NCBI GenBank assembly: GCA_013239625.1
Contig: MU054187.1
Coordinates: 18,902,711-18,966,710 of the forward strand
DNA length: 64,000 bases
Direction of reading: 5' to 3'
Source: Lama guanicoe
Lineage: Eukaryota
Shown here: piece by piece, positions 1-12,300 of the stretch
Numbering within the stretch: the stretch's first letter is position 1
How the letters are laid out: the number at the start of each line of letters is the position of its first letter
Program-made: the position numbers and the translations under genes
Notes under the pieces: model-generated
Told to the model about the DNA's origin: nothing
Databases searched by the model: none
What the model saw: only the letters and a program-made list of their open reading frames with translations

Positions 1-2224
1 AAGTAGTTGGTACCTTTCAAAGGAGTTTATATCTGTAGCATGGGAATGATTTTGTTACTGTACACAGAAGACATTTGCCATCTATTAAGCTTTTAGGTGG
101 AGGTGTCCTCTACTTAGTGTCCATGTAGATTAAAGATCACAAATTAAATTCTATACTTTAGAGGTAAGGTAGGAGACAGGAAATGTCTATTTTAAGAACT
201 AGCTGAGGAAGCCTTCAACAAATCACTATAGAATGTTACATAAATGGAAACATCCTGTATTTACAAACCTACCTGGCAGAATTTTAAGACGTGCCCTCTG
301 AACATAATGTACACTTTAGAATAATGATTTTTTACAAAAGATACTGGGAAAATAAAATTGTTTTGATAATGATTTAAAAATTTTTATTATTAAAATCCAT
401 TTAATTTTTCATAGGAAAGAAAAGTCAGTACATTTCAGTTAGTTATTTTCAGTTTGTGGATGTTTTGGTATTATATACCAGAAAGCTGAGAAATTATTCT
501 AAGTTAAAACTAAGTTAGTAACACAAGTTGCAAAGGGCAGACTACCCGAGCCAACATATAATGACATTTGTTGAAAAGCCTTTTATTTGTCGTGCACTAT
601 GATAAATACTGGGGAAAAAAAATCTAAGCAGTTTTCTTACTCTCAAGGACAGGAAAGGAGTCTGTGTCTAATTTACTGTTCTTGCTTTCCACGTGAACTA
701 CTTGTTCATTCTCCAGACTTTCAACCCCTTTACTCTAGGCAGTAGCCTCACATTCTACTGTTTTACATTACAGAGAAGGTAAAAGCCAGTGAGCATTTAG
801 AATATCTTTAAGTTCCTGTCTTCAAACTTCTCTCTAAATATACTGATTGTCTTATGCTTTGGGATCCCAGACTCCCTAGGAATCTTGAAAGTGATCATTT
901 CTTCTCTTTGCAGTATTCTTCAGTATCTTTTCATAGTGACTTCTTCCGTTCAGCATTTAAGTGTTTATTTCACCATAAACCCAAAACTTGTGACCTATTT
1001 CTCACTCGTCCCCTTTGCAGCCAAATTTCTCAAACTGTATTATATCTCTAATTCATCTTCTATTCAAAACACAGGCCATTCTCAATCTTTACCTGCCAGC
1101 TGATCCACCAGTATCACTCTTAAGATCATCAGGTGACCTCCAAGGTGCTCAGTATTTATTGAATGAAATGAAAGTAATGCATGCTTTAGTCGTCACCTTG
1201 AATTCTTGGCAGTACAGGATGGTGATACCAAAGACAAGTCTTGAATTGAAGGTAGAGGAGAGGTTGTCCGTTATAAATGGCATTTGAAAAATGTCTTCTG
1301 AGGCTTAGTTCATCTGAGAGAGTAGATGGTTACCTGTGGGATGATGCTAGATTCCTAAGTAGGAACCTGAATATTAGGACCTTGTATTCTAAATTAAGGA
1401 GTTTGAAGAATATCCAAAAAAATTGGTGAACTATTGAAGTAAAGTAGCAACATGAAGTTCTGTGTTTTGGGGAGACCTCTGGCAGTGTTGTGGGAAGTGA
1501 AGTGGGAGCGCTGTATTTTGGAAGCAAAGAGACCATTTCAGTAATTCACTAACTAATCTAGGAGAATAATGAAGGCTGCCTGAATTAAGACAGTGGCAGA
1601 GAAAAGGAAGAAGCGGAACAGATTCAAGGGAAATTAACAGATTGGAACTAACAGTACTCATCTCATCAGTATGCCCTTTTATGCTGCCTTTCCATATTTC
1701 AAGAGTAGCTCTTAGGAATTACCTCTTCTCTGAAGTCTTCCTTTACCAGTTCAATATTAACTGGTGTTTTCCACTTCTGAACAATACAGAAACAATAATG
1801 TTTCATACCTTAGTGCTTAATATTAGCATTAGCAACTATCCTTTGGGTACCGGACACCATTATTATAACATTTGGCTTGCATCACCTAATTGAATTTCTG
1901 TATCAAATCTATGATATAGGTGGATGCATATGAGGAAACAGACATGCTCATACAGGTGGAGCCAGGGTACCTAATTCACCTTGGCTCTTAAGTTCATTCC
2001 TATCTAGTACACTGTACTTATGTTGAATGTGCACTTGTTCTTATGATTGAAAACCATGTCTTATATGCTTCTGTGTCTTGTAGCGTTAAGCACATAGTAG
2101 ATATTTAGTACTTGCAGATACTCTATTTAGTCTGCATACGAAACAGTTCTGAGAAAGAGTGATGTTTTGGCCGACTGCTGTGGTGTCGTTGTAAATAACA
2201 GACTATTCTATATCTCCTTTTCAG

Positions 2225-2323
2225 ATCTGGATGGTGCTCTACTCTCAGGGCCAGATTGTGATAGGAATGTGAATGCAAATTTATTGGCTGAAGCAGGCTC
2301 CGGTCAAGATGGTGGTGATGCTG
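2225..2323 (+). CDS. ZBTB10: ZBTB10 internal coding exon (DLDGALLSGPDCDRNVNANLLAEAGSGQDGGDA)
   Basis: tttcag acceptor, G|gtaggt donor, 99 nt, phase 1-1. The peptide matches the recalled ZBTB10 sequence preceding the DFKYGL repeats. Confidence 0.93.
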
Positions 2324-2929
2324 GTAGGTACAGTAGAATTTTTTAGCAGGAGTACCTTTAAGAGGATTTGAAGATTGGAAAATGTGTATGTGTTTAGTAA
2401 GGACTTACTACAGTTTCTTTTCCTTAAAGGAAAGTATTATGTATAAACACTTTAAATATGTGGCAGCTATGTTGATTATAGAATTTAGAATCCTGGTAAA
2501 TACAAATGGACAGATATTTCTTGTTTGAGGGAGTCATTTATTTAGAGTTGTTGAAACTTTCACATACCAAAAAGTAATTAAGTTAATAGAGCTTGTGGCT
2601 TCCTGCTAGTGTGTAGATTAAATGCGAATGGTAATTATCAGAATGGTTGACCACTTTAATTAGCTTTGATGTAAAATAACAGTGTGGTTGTTGAAAGCTA
2701 TAGACAAATGTTCTAAGTAGTAATACTTAACAACAACTCATTTGGGGGAGGTGTCCTGCATATGAAGATGAAAGAATCCATGAGTATTCCAAAGAATAAC
2801 ATGAGTATAAGTAAATTGAAAAGGGAGAAAGCTTTCTTTATAGAAAAATGCCAACCTAATAAATACAGAAAAATGATAGAATTGGGAAAATGTCTATTTT
2901 GCAACCTCCATGGGAAGTAATCATCATTG

Positions 2930-3680
2930 GATAGTAAGCCACTGTTGATGGACATATCCCATGGTTGGGGGAAAGGCGGGTGTAGTAGCGTACCGACATG
3001 GTCTCAGTATCATACCACAGCTTTCTTTTACTTACAAAGGGGAAAAGATATCTTTACAATAAAGAGATCTGATGAACATTATGATAACCAAGTGATTAAC
3101 CTTAGCACTATAATAAAAGAACTGAAACAAGTGCCTCCTGATACGATAGACTAGTTGGCTCACATCACCTATATAGTATACTTGCCAGAATGTTTAACTT
3201 GAATTCATCATGAGGTAGAGAAATCCAGACAAATGTATACAAATCTAGCAAGTCCAGGTTCTAAAATGCTAGGAAAGACAAGCAGAGCAACCATGAGGTT
3301 GAAGAAGACCAGTGAGACCAACTAAAAGCATTTAGCATTGTGTCAATCTTGATTATATCATTGATCCAAAAAAGGTGAAGAGGCATTTTAGGAATCCTTG
3401 GAAATGTGAGTATGTAGTATTGTTAAATGATAGTCTCACAGTTACTGGATGTGATAAAGGCACTATGGTTTATGTATGAGAAAGTTCTAAAAGATAGCAT
3501 GCTGCATTTAGGATGAAGTGATGAAGCATGCAAGTTTTCAAATAGTACGTGAAAGGTGTACTATAGTGGAAGGGAATACATAGAAAGTGCCTATGGCAAA
3601 ATTAACGTTTGTGGGAGGTAGATAAAGGGATATGGATGTTCATTGATTCAACTTGTGTAGCTTTGAAAATCTTCTTAAAA
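2930..3680 (+). mobile_element. Old L1 (L1MC/MD-like) 3' fragment in a ZBTB10 intron
   Basis: Degenerate A-rich L1 3'-end-like motifs; subfamily and boundaries uncertain. Confidence 0.45.
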
Positions 3681-4422
3681 ATTGATGGGGACGGGGACAG
3701 CTGTGAGTACTCTCTCCAGAAAGGTGTCAGGGGCTTTGGGCTACAAGTATGCATTGGCCAAAATGTAGCCATAATTCTGAAGAAACTTTGTTGAGGTGAT
3801 TTCTCCTAACTGTGGAAAAGAATTTACAAAAAAGGTTTTGAGTTGAATTTTGAAGACTTGTCTCTTGTACAGAAAATCACTGATAGTGCCAGGAGGACTT
3901 TGTTGCACTTGCTTTCATGGTTTAGAAATCTGGTTCAAGAATAGGTTTAGTTGGGTTGTGTGAATTCATATGTAAAATTTAAAATTTGTGCACATAGGCA
4001 TTTTCAGTGGAGAATAGGCCATATAATCTCATTTTCAAAGAAGCAAACCCTTAATTTAGAATCGTTTCTCTTTAGAGGACATTCTAATCCATTAATTAGT
4101 ATTTACAGCTGAGTTCGCTCTGTGTTACGATTTTGACTTCAAAAATACTGCTTTCCTCTTGGTTGGAAATAGTGGCCAAGGGGGAGTGGTTTGGAAGCAA
4201 GGGCTGGATTGTGTGAGGCTTTGGAGCGTATTGGAAGTCTTCGGCTTTTACTATAAGATGTTTGGTCCTTGCAGGCTTTTGAGTGGAGTAGGGCCTGTCT
4301 CTGATTGAAAGTTTTAGAAGAGTCAGATTGCTGTGTTGAGAATAAACTAGGAAGGCGACACAGTGCAAGCTGTGGGATAAGCTAATGGCTACTGAAAATA
4401 ATCCAGAGACAACAGTTGATGG

Positions 4423-4548
4423 TTTTTGGGGTTTTTTTTAATTTTTTGTTGGATTTTACTTATTCATTTAAACAGAGGTACTGGGGATTGAACCCAGGAT
4501 CTCGTGCATGCTGAGCATGCACTCTACCACTGAACTGTACGCTCTCCC
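4423..4548 (-). mobile_element. tRNA-derived SINE (camelid Vic-1-like)
   Basis: GGGGATTGAACCCAGG...GCACTCTACCACTGA (reverse B and A boxes), T-rich tail, TSD caacag(t/c)tgatgg. Confidence 0.85.
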
Positions 4549-5354
4549 CAACAGCTGATGGGATAGAGTAGCAGTAGTTATGGGGCATTCTGCATGTGTT
4601 AACATTGCCTGAGGATTTCTGGATCCAAGGAATTACATACATGTTTAAGACGGAATTAAATGCAGAGGAGATGATTCCTACTTTAGCTAGTCTGAAGATT
4701 CCCAGGCACAAATTCCCTAAGGGACATTGACTCTACCTCCCAGATTTTCATTTATATAAGGATGAAGTTAGAGAGGGTTTGACAAATTCCCAAATTCATT
4801 GTAAGCTTGCCCTACTGTGTCTGAAACACTGTACTGTAATTACCCTGTATTTATTACCCTGTAATTTACCCTGTATTCTGCATCCTTATCCCATTTTTCT
4901 GTACTGCATAGTCTGAAAACAAGAATATGTGATTGACAATAGGAGACTACTCCATTCCAGAGCTAGGCTTCAGGATAACAGTGTTAGAATAGATAAAAGT
5001 GACAGAATAGTTAGGAACGGCAACGATTAAAAGAGTAGTTTCATATGACCTCCACATACCATTAAATAGTATTCAGATTTATTTTATTGAATTTTTTTCC
5101 TATAGTTGAATTGTATTTGAAATTAGTTTTCTATTTAAGATGCCTGCCAACCAGGATATTATAATTAGGATAATAAAATGTGAGGCCATCTCAGTTTTAG
5201 ACCAAAATGTAGAGTTTTTATTTGAATATTTTATATTAAGCTATTCTATCATAATGTTCATAAAATAAAAATTTAGTTTCTGGGGTTTTTTTATTCTAAT
5301 AAGAGACAGATCTTTATTACCATCCTTATATCAAAATCATTTTCAGTTGTATTA

Positions 5355-5498
5355 GGTCCTTCACATGATTTCAAGTATGGCCTCATGCCTGGCCCTTCAA
5401 GTGATTTCAAGTATGGATTGCTACCAGGTACTTCAAATGATTTCAAGTATGGATTGATACCAGGTGCTTCTAACGATTTCAAGTATGGATTATTGCCT
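5355..5498 (+). repeat. Coding tandem repeat, 4 x 36 nt (GATTTCAAGTATGG core)
   Basis: Directly visible 36-nt periodicity. Confidence 0.95.
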
Positions 5499-5532
5499 GA
5501 ATCTTGGCCAAAACAAGAAACTTGGGAAAATG
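5356..5532 (+). CDS. ZBTB10: ZBTB10 coding exon with four (G.S.DFKYGL.P) repeats, ending [11 protein letters not shown]
   Basis: attag acceptor; 177 nt; frame continues from the previous exon; donor is G|gcaagt (GC-AG). Confidence 0.93.
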
Positions 5533-5727
5533 GCAAGTATTAGTCACACATTTACAGAATTCTTAATACTTTTTATCAATTTTAAAAGGTTCCATCTGGG
5601 TTTTAAAAACTCAGATGTTAGTAGCCCTATAATAATCACTGTTCTGAGGAAGAGACAAGCTCCTGATAGCGATTTTCTGTTCAGTATATAATAAGTGCTG
5701 TTTTGTTTTGTTTTTTAATTCTCAAAG

Positions 5728-5900
5728 GTGAATCATCTCTAATCATGAACAAGTTAAAATGCCCTCATTGTAGCTATGTAGCCAAATACAGACGAACACT
5801 AAAAAGGCATTTGCTCATTCATACGGGAATCAGATCGTTTAGCTGTGATACTTGCGGAAAGCTGTTTACTCGCAGAGAACATGTAAAAAGACATGCCCTG
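5728..5900 (+). CDS. ZBTB10: ZBTB10 exon encoding two C2H2 zinc fingers ([42 protein letters not shown])
   Basis: ORF track 5703..5924; ctcaaag acceptor, CTG|gtaagt donor; C2H2 pattern with TGIRSF linker. Confidence 0.96.
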
Positions 5901-6131
5901 GTAAGTAACTTTACATGTAACTGATCTTTGAGATAAACTATGTTTATGTCAGTGAAGTTTGAGGTATTTTAAACACTACTACTTGCGAATTTAAGGAAGG
6001 TAGATGTAATAAAAAATAAATTGCTTTAAACAACGTGAACCAATACTGACTAAGTGGGAGGTTTAATTTGAGTGGTTCAAATGCATTATACTGTACTATC
6101 TTTACATTGGATTTTTCCCCCCTTCAATTAG

Positions 6132-6434
6132 GTGCATAAGAAGGATAAAAAATACAAATGTATGGTGTGTAAGAAGATCTTCATGTTAGCAGCCAGTGTT
6201 GGAATAAGACATGGATCTCGACGCTATGGTGTTTGTACGGAGTGTACAGATAAATCACAACAAGGAGGGCAAGAAAGTGTAGATCAGGGACAGGATACAG
6301 ATTTCCCTCGGGATGAAGAATTTGAGGAGAACGGAGGAGAAGCTGATGAAGAGCTGGTTGATGATGGAGAAGATCAGAACGATGCATCTCGATGGGATGA
6401 ATCAGGAGATGTTTGTATGTCTCTAGATGATTAA
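6132..6434 (+). CDS. ZBTB10: ZBTB10 last coding exon ([10 protein letters not shown]...VCMSLDD*), acidic C-terminus
   Basis: ttag acceptor at 6131; ORF 6132..6434; C-terminus ...[14 protein letters not shown] is characteristic of ZBTB10. Confidence 0.96.
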   Translation: MHKKDKKYKCMVCKKIFMLAASVGIRHGSRRYGVCTECTDKSQQGGQESVDQGQDTDFPRDEEFEENGGEADEELVDDGEDQNDASRWDESGDVCMSLDD

Positions 6435-9370
6435 CGGACCGACTATACCCCTCAAGGATGCTGCATTTGGACATAATATGAATCAACAATTTGAATTGTT
6501 GAACTTGAAGGCTTGCAAAATATGGTACATGCTGGATGGTAGTTATGTTGCTGTGAAAACTGTAGGGTCAAAGCCTTAGAGCAAAATTTTTTTTTTTATA
6601 TTTGCACAGGACTGTACAGCAGACAACCTTGTGGTTGGATTACATGGAGTCCACACATCTTCAGTCAGTTATCAAAGTAAAAAATATTTTTTATTTATAG
6701 GGTATGCAGTAACTATTTGGGTCCTATGAAAATATAGTACCTGTTCTTAAAAAGCTTACATTCATGTGCCACTTCAACATGAATGAAGAAAATCCATTTA
6801 TTAGAGTACAGTGACAGCTGATCTAATTACTCTGTCCATCAAACCACTCAGGCTAGTTTGTACTAGTAGAGTTTTGTTTCTATTTTTATTTTTATTAATT
6901 TTATTTTTTTTAATACAGATTTTCAGTGAGGGGGCCCTTTCAACCCCATTGGTTCTACTTTTCTGTATTTTCCATTTTAATTTGCTTCATAACTTAAACC
7001 AGGTCTATTCTAGTCTTAGGTATTATTTCTCAATTTTGTGCTGATGGGCATGTTTATAAGAACTGGAGAGGTAATTTATTGGAATGAACTAACTGACTTC
7101 CTCCATTCCCCTTTCCTTTGACATGAATTTTATTTACTATTTTACAAATGAAGAATGATGTTGCAAAGTACCGTGGCGAGGTTGATAAATACCACTAAAA
7201 TGATTATGATTTAGAAGTAACTTTCTCCTGCTGCTCTAATCTGATAAATGGTTACTATATGACATTTTCTGACAAGGCATTTGGTTTTGGGTATCTGTTA
7301 CTTTGGCACTACTCTTGTTTGTTTCTTTTTATTTTTTGCCAGTGTACTATACCTCAGTCCTATTTGAAAAGACAAATCTAATTGAAAGAAAAGTCATAGA
7401 AACAATAAGTAAAATGATTTGTTTTATAATGTATCCTCCATGTCCAGTTTGGTTAGCTTGTTATGCAATATAAGTGAAATATCAGGTTTTTACTCCTGTG
7501 CCCTTTTTATCATTAAAATTAACACAAAAAGTGCATTCTCCTTTGTTTCATACTTATCTGGATATTCAGTGTTTTGAAATTATGATAGATAATTAAGTTA
7601 ATTTATTTTTTTCAATTCGTTGAAGTCACTACACCTTGATAGATATGTAGTCTTTCTAGTAGTTGCCATGATTCAACTATCTGCAGAAATCTGACAAAAT
7701 ATTGAGAGGCTGTACAGTTTATTCCGTTAGCTAAATTCTTCGGGGTACAAGGGGTGATGTATTGAGTTGAAATTGCCAGATTTACTTAGCCTGATGATGA
7801 ATTAGCTGATTAACTCAAGCAACATTTCACATAACACTCACGACATTTATCAGGAACATGTTGTATATTATATGATTGAGGGATATCATATTTTCAGCTT
7901 TCTTTTAAATAGAAATTGTGAGTATATTTTCCTATTTTATATCAGGTAACTAAATTACGCTAATCATGTGGAAAAAACTGCAAAAGTACACTCTGACAGA
8001 CATAATCCTTTTGGTGCTCCATCTGATCAAGGTTGAAAAGTTGATACGTTATTTAAGAGACAAGCTTTCTCAGTGTCTCTGATTTCAGTAAAATAATGGT
8101 TTAATGTTAGACTGATGCTTCTGCGTGGTTAAATCAAAGATAAAGTATAGTTACATGGTTAGATGCATCATTTGTCATCTGAACTTTATTGTAGTTTCTA
8201 CAAAATTGAAAAACTGACATATGAATAGTTTTGGTTTAATTTCTAAGGCTAAAGAGTACATCTTATTCTCAATGTTTTAGACAAATGAGTAAAATGTAAT
8301 TCTGGTGGGGTCCAAAGTAGACGTTAGTTGGGCAGAGATACTATGAATGGAAAAGTATTTTAAACGTAAAATGTTCTGCTTTGTGAATATGTAAGTATAG
8401 TATAAAGATTTCTTTCATCCCATTTATCCCTCTCCTTTAAAATAAACCATAGTTTACAATTGGTAGATCTGTCTATATATAAATATATATTAAAGAGAAA
8501 AGATATATATCTGAAAATCACCTAAATCTGCTTTATTAGACTACAGTTCACTTATTGCATAGAAACTGGACTTGGCTTTACATTCTTAATGTACTTTTAC
8601 TTTTCCTTAAGGTAAGAACTTACTCTGAATTTTCTTTACTACTAAAATCTTTATGTATATCTGGTAAATTATGACCAAATTTTTGTTAGATTGCATACAG
8701 TAAATTGAAATATATACTTGGTACACTACGGGATTGTTGTGCTTTTGTTTTGGTTTTAGTTGGAAACAAGGTTTGATGTAGATGGCTTGTTACTGTTAAT
8801 TTAAAATATTCTATAATTATTGTCCATTACCTTTTATGTTGTGTTGTGACAGATTTGGCTATATTTTTAGTCAACTGAAATATACTTTTAAGAGTTTGTT
8901 TTTAGAAAGGTAATCCAAAGGAAAAATGTTTATACTCTTGAATATATTAGCCTCAGCCTATATAAAAATTTCTTCTTTGAACATTTTACCAGAAACAGAA
9001 TTGACAGATTTTTCTACTTGCTGACTGCCTAACTTATTTTGTTTCATGATCTTGAGGGGACTACCTTTTCCCTTCTAGATCTTTTTTAAAAATAGTTTTT
9101 AGTACTATGGTATACTACTGGATGTTTCTATTTTTTTAGTATATTCTTTTTCTGACTTACAGTACAAATTTCAGGAAGTTGATAGATACTAAGAACTTAT
9201 GATTGGTCTCAGAGAGGTAACAATGGAATACTCATAATTTTGTCTGGAGCCCTGGCAGAATTATGTGTTACACATTTGCTGAATTTCTTGTAACTTATAT
9301 TTTAAATGAAAACTATTTTAGAGCTTTTATTTAATGAAGGGGAAGAGTATAAACTGTTTATTTCCTATTC
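6435..9370 (+). other. ZBTB10: ZBTB10 3' UTR (3' end approximate)
   Basis: Repeat-free AU-rich sequence after the stop codon. ATTAAA ~7512, AATAAA 8441, TATAAA ~9348 as candidate poly(A) signals; several miRNA seed matches. Confidence 0.7.
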
Positions 9371-12300
9371 ATTCTGTAGTAGCAGACCCTCTCATGTAAA
9401 TCAAGATCATGTATTAATTCTTGGGCTTCTCAGAGACAGTTACTTCCACGTGGTCCCTGCCTTTTCATTGTTATTGGCCCTCATTTTTCATATTCACTAG
9501 ATGTTTTCCTAAATTTTACCACTCTAGCAATTAAGAGCCAAAAAAGAAAAGAAACATTATAGGAAGGGGAAACTGAACAGTAATGATTAGCTTTGAAATT
9601 TGGGGGGGAAACCAGCTGGTTTGGCAGAGCCATCCTGATGGAGAAGAATGAGATGAGTTAATTCCTGTAAAGTGCTTAGAACACTGTCTGGGCCATGATA
9701 CATCTTAGTTGTTTAATGATAGATGGGAACCATGAGGAAAAGGGGTGGGGGAAGTGGGAGAAAATAGGGAATGAAAAGATTGGGACGTTGAAATTTATAT
9801 TAACATGATACGTTGTAAAGGGCCTGAAGACGACTGGAGCTGCATAATTAACAGGGGAAAATGTTATGGGAGATGGGTTTTAAAAATCATGAAATTTAAA
9901 ACCGATAAGCTTTATTATACTTTTAGGATGTTGTCAACATAGGATGAAAACATTCTGAATAATTCCAAAAAGCTGTCATTTTATTTTGATACCTGCACAT
10001 GCCATTGCGCTTTATATTATCAAGTCCCCTGTAAGGGAGGTGCTATGGTCTCCATCTTACAGACAAGGAAAGGCTCCAGGAAATTTGCCTAATTGAATTT
10101 GCGAACGTAACACAGTTACTGAGCGGTAGAGCTGGGTTTTGACTAGGTCTCATCCTGAAGCCCGTGCTCTTTTATTTTAGGGGGCTCTATTGCCCCAGTA
10201 AACAACTTTGTCGGATGTCAGCTCTTTAAAGGGGTCTGTCTGTGGAGACATCTTTTCCCTATAAAACATCTGTTAGGAATTTGAGTGTCTTAATTCTTCC
10301 TCCCCCAAATACCCTTACTACTCTTTCCTCCTAAATACAGCAGTTGTATCACATGACTATTAACAAGATACCAACCTCAGTGTCGCACATGCTATTCATT
10401 GGCTGTGGCATTTTCATTTTTAAAAGGATGGTTTTTAACTGAAGAATTAGATGTGAACCCCAGTTTTTGTGCCGTTCAGTCACCCAGATCCTTAAACTTA
10501 ACTATGGTACATAATATACATGCTTAGAACTAACTGGTGTTCTTTTGTAGTCACTTTAGGGTTTAAAATGGAAAGTTTTTTCCTGCTGTATCCCTACTTT
10601 CAAGTGAAGTTGAACCTGTTCTAGTTTAAAATGCTTTAGGGATAAGCACACTTTAACAGATGTTTTCTAGCCCTGAATTTTTTGACGTTGGGTACTTAAA
10701 ATTTGGAGTATGCCAGCTATTGAGAACAAAATTTGGGGTTGAGGAGAGGGATGGTCGAGGCCATGATGAAATGGGAGAATCAGCATTTTAAACACTGTAA
10801 ACATAAAAGAACACTATCTTCTGCCTGCTGTTTGTAAAAGCTCTTTGGGAAGATCTTTTACGAAGACCAATTTTTTAATGTAATTTACCTACCTAGTATA
10901 AGTGTCCTAAGACATGTATGTAACCTTCCAAAACTGTTTTGTCTGTGTATTTAGAAAATACACAAGATTCTTTATCAAACCTAAAAATATAAACTTGTGA
11001 GCACTGAACTCCTGGCTTTGTGAATTTTGTTGACTCTGACTAATGGGGGTAGGGGGATGCCTTTGTAAACTTTGGCTTACATAATTCAGATACCTTTGTA
11101 CTTAAGGTTTACAAGTTTGAATTGTAGAACATGAAGTTTTTTCTGGTTTGTATCTTTTGATATGAAGACCGTAAAGGACTACTTCCTAGTCATGCTTGGA
11201 GAGCCACTTTAATAGCAGTGAATTGTAATCAGCACATCACTTGTCTTTCATCTTTACTGCTTTTGGAATTCTCTACAGGTTGTAGAAAACATTGAAATAC
11301 TCCCCTGAGATGTGCATGATTTTGGCAATGGGCTGAAGAGCAAAGGTGAACGACTTCCCTATTGGCTGCATACCAGTGGGTTCACAGATTACAAGTAAAT
11401 GTAAAGCTCAAGGATTTGAAACTTCAGTAATACAGAAAGAAAAAACATACTTTGAAGGGTTTTGTGGTGGTGGTATTAGTAATAGAACAAAAGAAATCAT
11501 GGAATGACCAGGTTGCCAGACTTTATTATTAAAGAAATGAGAGTTTTGACTTGGTTTGAAAAAGCGTGACTTAAAGGAACGGATGCTCAAATCGCATATA
11601 ATTCCTAGTGTTTTTAGGCTTGTAAAAGAACTGGCATGTGGCAGAGTTAGGTGATTTATATAGATGCATTCTCTATGATTCCAAGGGATTACGATTGGGA
11701 CTACTCAACTCAAGACTAAAAGGCAGTTTTTAATAAATGTCTGAAGATGAAATGAGATTGCTAAAGGAAGAAACCAAATCACCTCACCACTGGAGACGTC
11801 TATTCTAAATAAAGTGGAAAGATTACCCAGTAAGCATTTTGGCTAAGGCAGTGTTGACTAACAATTTATATTTCACGTTGGTTGAAATATTTCAAATATC
11901 TCATGAAGTTGAAGTTGAGGAATCATGTTTAGCTTTATGGAAAAATGGCTAACTGAGCTCTTTTTCACTACAAGTCATAGACCAATGTTTGGAAGCTGGT
12001 GTAGGAAATTACTGGATCTATAGTTAGATAAGAAAATTAAATGTCCTTTGCATCTAAAGGTCTGTATCACAACTATCTGAATCTTGAACTAAATGAAAGT
12101 TTGAAATGGGCTAAAGGAAACCTATTCAGTTAAAATGAATAAATAATAATAAACAAGCCCCACAGTTGCATGGTGCTTTTGCACGCTATTGATAAAACTT
12201 TCTGAACTGTCTGCTTCCAGCGGAATCAGTTTGGCATTAAGAAAACACTCATCTTCCAAGCATAATTAGGTATGTTTTAGAGTCTTAGTGAAAGACAGGC

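Noticed and set aside
5355..5498. Regularly spaced direct repeats resembling a CRISPR array
   Set aside because: Eukaryotic coding tandem repeat in ZBTB10 with no unique spacers and no cas genes.
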